NCBI GenBank assembly: GCA_947085565.1
Contig: CAMTWZ010000006.1
Location: 66,207 to 130,206 of the forward strand
Source of the DNA: an uncultured Bacteroidota bacterium
GTDB lineage: Bacteria > Bacteroidota > Rhodothermia > Balneolales > HLUCCA01
Direction of reading: 5' to 3'
DNA length: 64,000 nt
Under the pieces are notes generated by a model that was not told the DNA's origin, made no database searches, and worked only from the letters and a program-made list of their open reading frames with translations. The first letter of the stretch is position 1; every line of letters begins with the position of its first letter. Made by a program: the position numbers and the translations under genes. Positions 62,185 to 64,000 of this stretch are shown here, piece after piece.

Positions 62185-63103
62185 TCCGCTTCGCATCGTG
62201 TTCATGGGAAGTCCGGATTTTGCCGTGTCTTCACTCGATGCGTTGGTCGGAAACGGATTCAAGCCGGTGGCGGTGGTCACAGGTCCCGATAAACGCAGAG
62301 GCAGGGGAGGTGTGCTCTCACCCACGCCAGTGAAAGCCTGCGCCATCTCACATCACCTTCACGTCATCGAGACCGATTCCCTCAAAGATCCTGCCACCCA
62401 ATCGGCCTTGGCGGCCCTGCGGCCCGATCTGTTCGTGGTGGTCGCTTTCAAGATCCTTCCCAAAGCGTTGCTATCGGTCCCTAAGATCGGATCGATCAAT
62501 GTTCACGCATCCTTGCTTCCCAAGTACCGGGGCGCGGCTCCGATCCACTGGGCCATCGCCAACGGGGAGACCGAAACAGGAGTGACCATCTTTTTCCTGA
62601 ATGAAGGCATAGATACCGGCGGCATTCTGCTTTCAAGGCGCACGCCGATCGGACCCGATGAGACCACAGGTGATGTGTACGAACGTCTTGCCATGCTCGG
62701 CTCGGAAGCCCTCATCGAAGCGATTCATCAAATACGCTTAGGCGAATATACTCTGTTAGAGCAAAATGAGGCCGGTTCTTGCGGTGCTCCCAAGATCTTT
62801 CCTGACGACACGTTCCTGAACCTGGATGCCGAACCGGAAACCATCCGAAACCACGTACGTGCGTTCAATCCCTTTCCCGGAGCATGGGTTCTGCTAGACG
62901 GAAAGAAACTGATGATTCATCGGACTGAAGTGAGCCATGCGGATTCCGGCGATGTCAGCGATCCTCTTCGGATCCGAGCGGGATCGGGGCACATCCGCTT
63001 CACAGAAGTCCAACTGGAGGGGAAATCCCGATTGGCGGCAACGGATTTCATCAGAGGGTATAACGGAAAATGGGTTATTCAGGGTAAAAAAGAGTATATT
63101 TGA
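62177..63103 (+). CDS. fmt: methionyl-tRNA formyltransferase
   Basis: IVFMGSPDFAV and NVHASLLPKYRGAAPI. The ATG at 62177 overlaps the end of def by 8 nt. Confidence 0.93.
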   Translation: MSDPLRIVFMGSPDFAVSSLDALVGNGFKPVAVVTGPDKRRGRGGVLSPTPVKACAISHHLHVIETDSLKDPATQSALAALRPDLFVVVAFKILPKALLSVPKIGSINVHASLLPKYRGAAPIHWAIANGETETGVTIFFLNEGIDTGGILLSRRTPIGPDETTGDVYERLAMLGSEALIEAIHQIRLGEYTLLEQNEAGSCGAPKIFPDDTFLNLDAEPETIRNHVRAFNPFPGAWVLLDGKKLMIHRTEVSHADSGDVSDPLRIRAGSGHIRFTEVQLEGKSRLAATDFIRGYNGKWVIQGKKEYI

Positions 63104-63127
63104 CCCCCGAAAACCAAGGAAATCCAC

Positions 63128-63832
63128 ATGGAAAACAGCGCATATATCACTGCCGCCTTCGAGGGCGATCTCGAGTTGGTCACCCAACTTCTCGACAAGG
63201 GTAACGACATCAATGAAGTCGATAAAAAAGGCTCCACAGCGTTGTTCTATGCGGTTCAATCGAACCAGATCGAGATTGCGCGCTTTCTGATCGAGCGTGG
63301 CGCCGACGTGAACATCAAGAACAAGATCGGTGGTACCGCTCTGAACCGTGCCGCTGAGAACGGAAATGTGGAGATGATGAATCTGCTGCTTTCGCACGGC
63401 GCGGAAGTGGGCCCGTTGGCGTTGATCATCGCCGCGCGCGAGGGCAAACTTGGCGCTGTGAAACTGTTGGTCGAGCGTGGTGCCGACATCAACGGAACCT
63501 CTCATTGGGGACATACTCCGCTGATGCAAGCCTCCAAAGAAGGCCATGTCGATATCATCCGTTTTCTGCTGCACAAAGGAGCGGAAGTGAAAATGCGTGA
63601 TCGCAATAACGAAACCGCATTGGCCATGGCCAATGAGAACGATCACTTGGAAGCCGCCATGCTCCTGAAACGGGCTGGCGCCACCGAAGACAAATCCAAG
63701 AAGAAACCCATCGCTCCAGCTCCCGAATCGGATGAGGATGATGCCGGATCCGAACCGGACGAGGAACCGATACTGGCCTCCGACGATGTCGCCGACGATG
63801 ACAGTGACGATGAAGGATCGGACAACGAGTAA
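63128..63832 (+). CDS. ankyrin-repeat protein with polyacidic C-terminal tail
   Basis: About five ANK repeats (G.TAL..A...G....V..LL..GA) and no signal peptide. The last ~50 aa are rich in D/E (SDEDDAGSEPDEEP..DDVADDDSDDEGSDNE). Confidence 0.85.
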   Translation: MENSAYITAAFEGDLELVTQLLDKGNDINEVDKKGSTALFYAVQSNQIEIARFLIERGADVNIKNKIGGTALNRAAENGNVEMMNLLLSHGAEVGPLALIIAAREGKLGAVKLLVERGADINGTSHWGHTPLMQASKEGHVDIIRFLLHKGAEVKMRDRNNETALAMANENDHLEAAMLLKRAGATEDKSKKKPIAPAPESDEDDAGSEPDEEPILASDDVADDDSDDEGSDNE

Positions 63833-63835
63833 ATC

Positions 63836-64000
63836 TTACGACTTCGTGTAACGGAACCCCGGCAAAACCGGGGTTTCCGATACCGGACGCTCGGTGATGG
63901 ATTTGGCCTGCAAAAAGCACAGCAGATAATCGGCTCCACCGGCTTTGGAGTCGGTGCCGCTCAGATTGAAGCCGCCGAAGGGCTGGGCACCAACCAAGGC
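63836..64000 (-). CDS. pruA: L-glutamate gamma-semialdehyde (1-pyrroline-5-carboxylate) dehydrogenase, C-terminal 54 codons only
   Basis: Hand translation of the minus strand gives [54 protein letters not shown]-stop. The block QPFGGF.LSGT.SKAGG.DYL is typical of the aldehyde dehydrogenase / P5CDH C-terminus. The rest of the gene is outside the window. Confidence 0.65.
   Translation of the reverse strand, partial: ALVGAQPFGGFNLSGTDSKAGGADYLLCFLQAKSITERPVSETPVLPGFRYTKS

Overview
This is a gene-dense 64-kb chromosomal window with about 55 protein genes and one tRNA. I saw no rRNA, CRISPR array, transposase, integrase or reverse transcriptase. All calls come from reading the supplied translations and the DNA by eye; no database search, HMM or folding program was run.

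Lineage guess from sequence alone: an FCB-superphylum bacterium (Bacteroidota / Ignavibacteriota / Rhodothermota-like). Six proteins end in the same ~80-aa type IX secretion (T9SS) C-terminal sorting domain (..YPNPFNP[STM]T....[LIV]K-stop), many enzymes carry lipoprotein signal peptides (..SC / ..AC), and Shine-Dalgarno sequences are mostly absent.

Content:
1. Housekeeping genes: acyP, thioredoxin-fold protein plus dsbD, an RluA-type pseudouridine synthase, clpB, tRNA-Leu(UAA), rarA, an acyl-CoA carboxyltransferase, relA/spoT, HU/IHF, ruvX, def, fmt, and the 3' end of pruA.
2. A ~25-kb beta-mannan/glucomannan utilisation locus (16.8-41.9 kb). It holds a non-SusC TonB-dependent receptor, a T9SS beta-helix protein, an SSS symporter, a GH130 mannosylglucose phosphorylase, a cellobiose/mannobiose 2-epimerase, two GH26, two GH5, two esterases, a PMI cupin, a phosphohexomutase, a ROK regulator and a degenerate GH47-like lipoprotein.
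3. A scavenging/regulation block: M28 peptidase, T9SS endonuclease I, a histidine kinase/response regulator pair, an ammonium transporter and a porin.
4. The most follow-up-worthy signal: four gene junctions are occupied by locus-specific 7-8-nt tandem arrays that supply or overlap the stop codons of the flanking genes. At two junctions the arrays form inverted pairs enclosing a four-helix-bundle gene (23S rRNA intervening-sequence protein / Avd-like family). Both genes carry the same 28-nt leader motif, giving an IVS-like, possibly mobile cassette outside rRNA. A third junction looks like an empty hairpin version, and a fourth is a solo 12-unit direct array.

Smaller oddities are listed under findings: a 52-aa ORF that is little more than a signal peptide plus a PEP-CTERM-like sorting tail, a methyltransferase gene starting 2 nt after the tRNA, two decayed genes, and two proteins with polyacidic regions.
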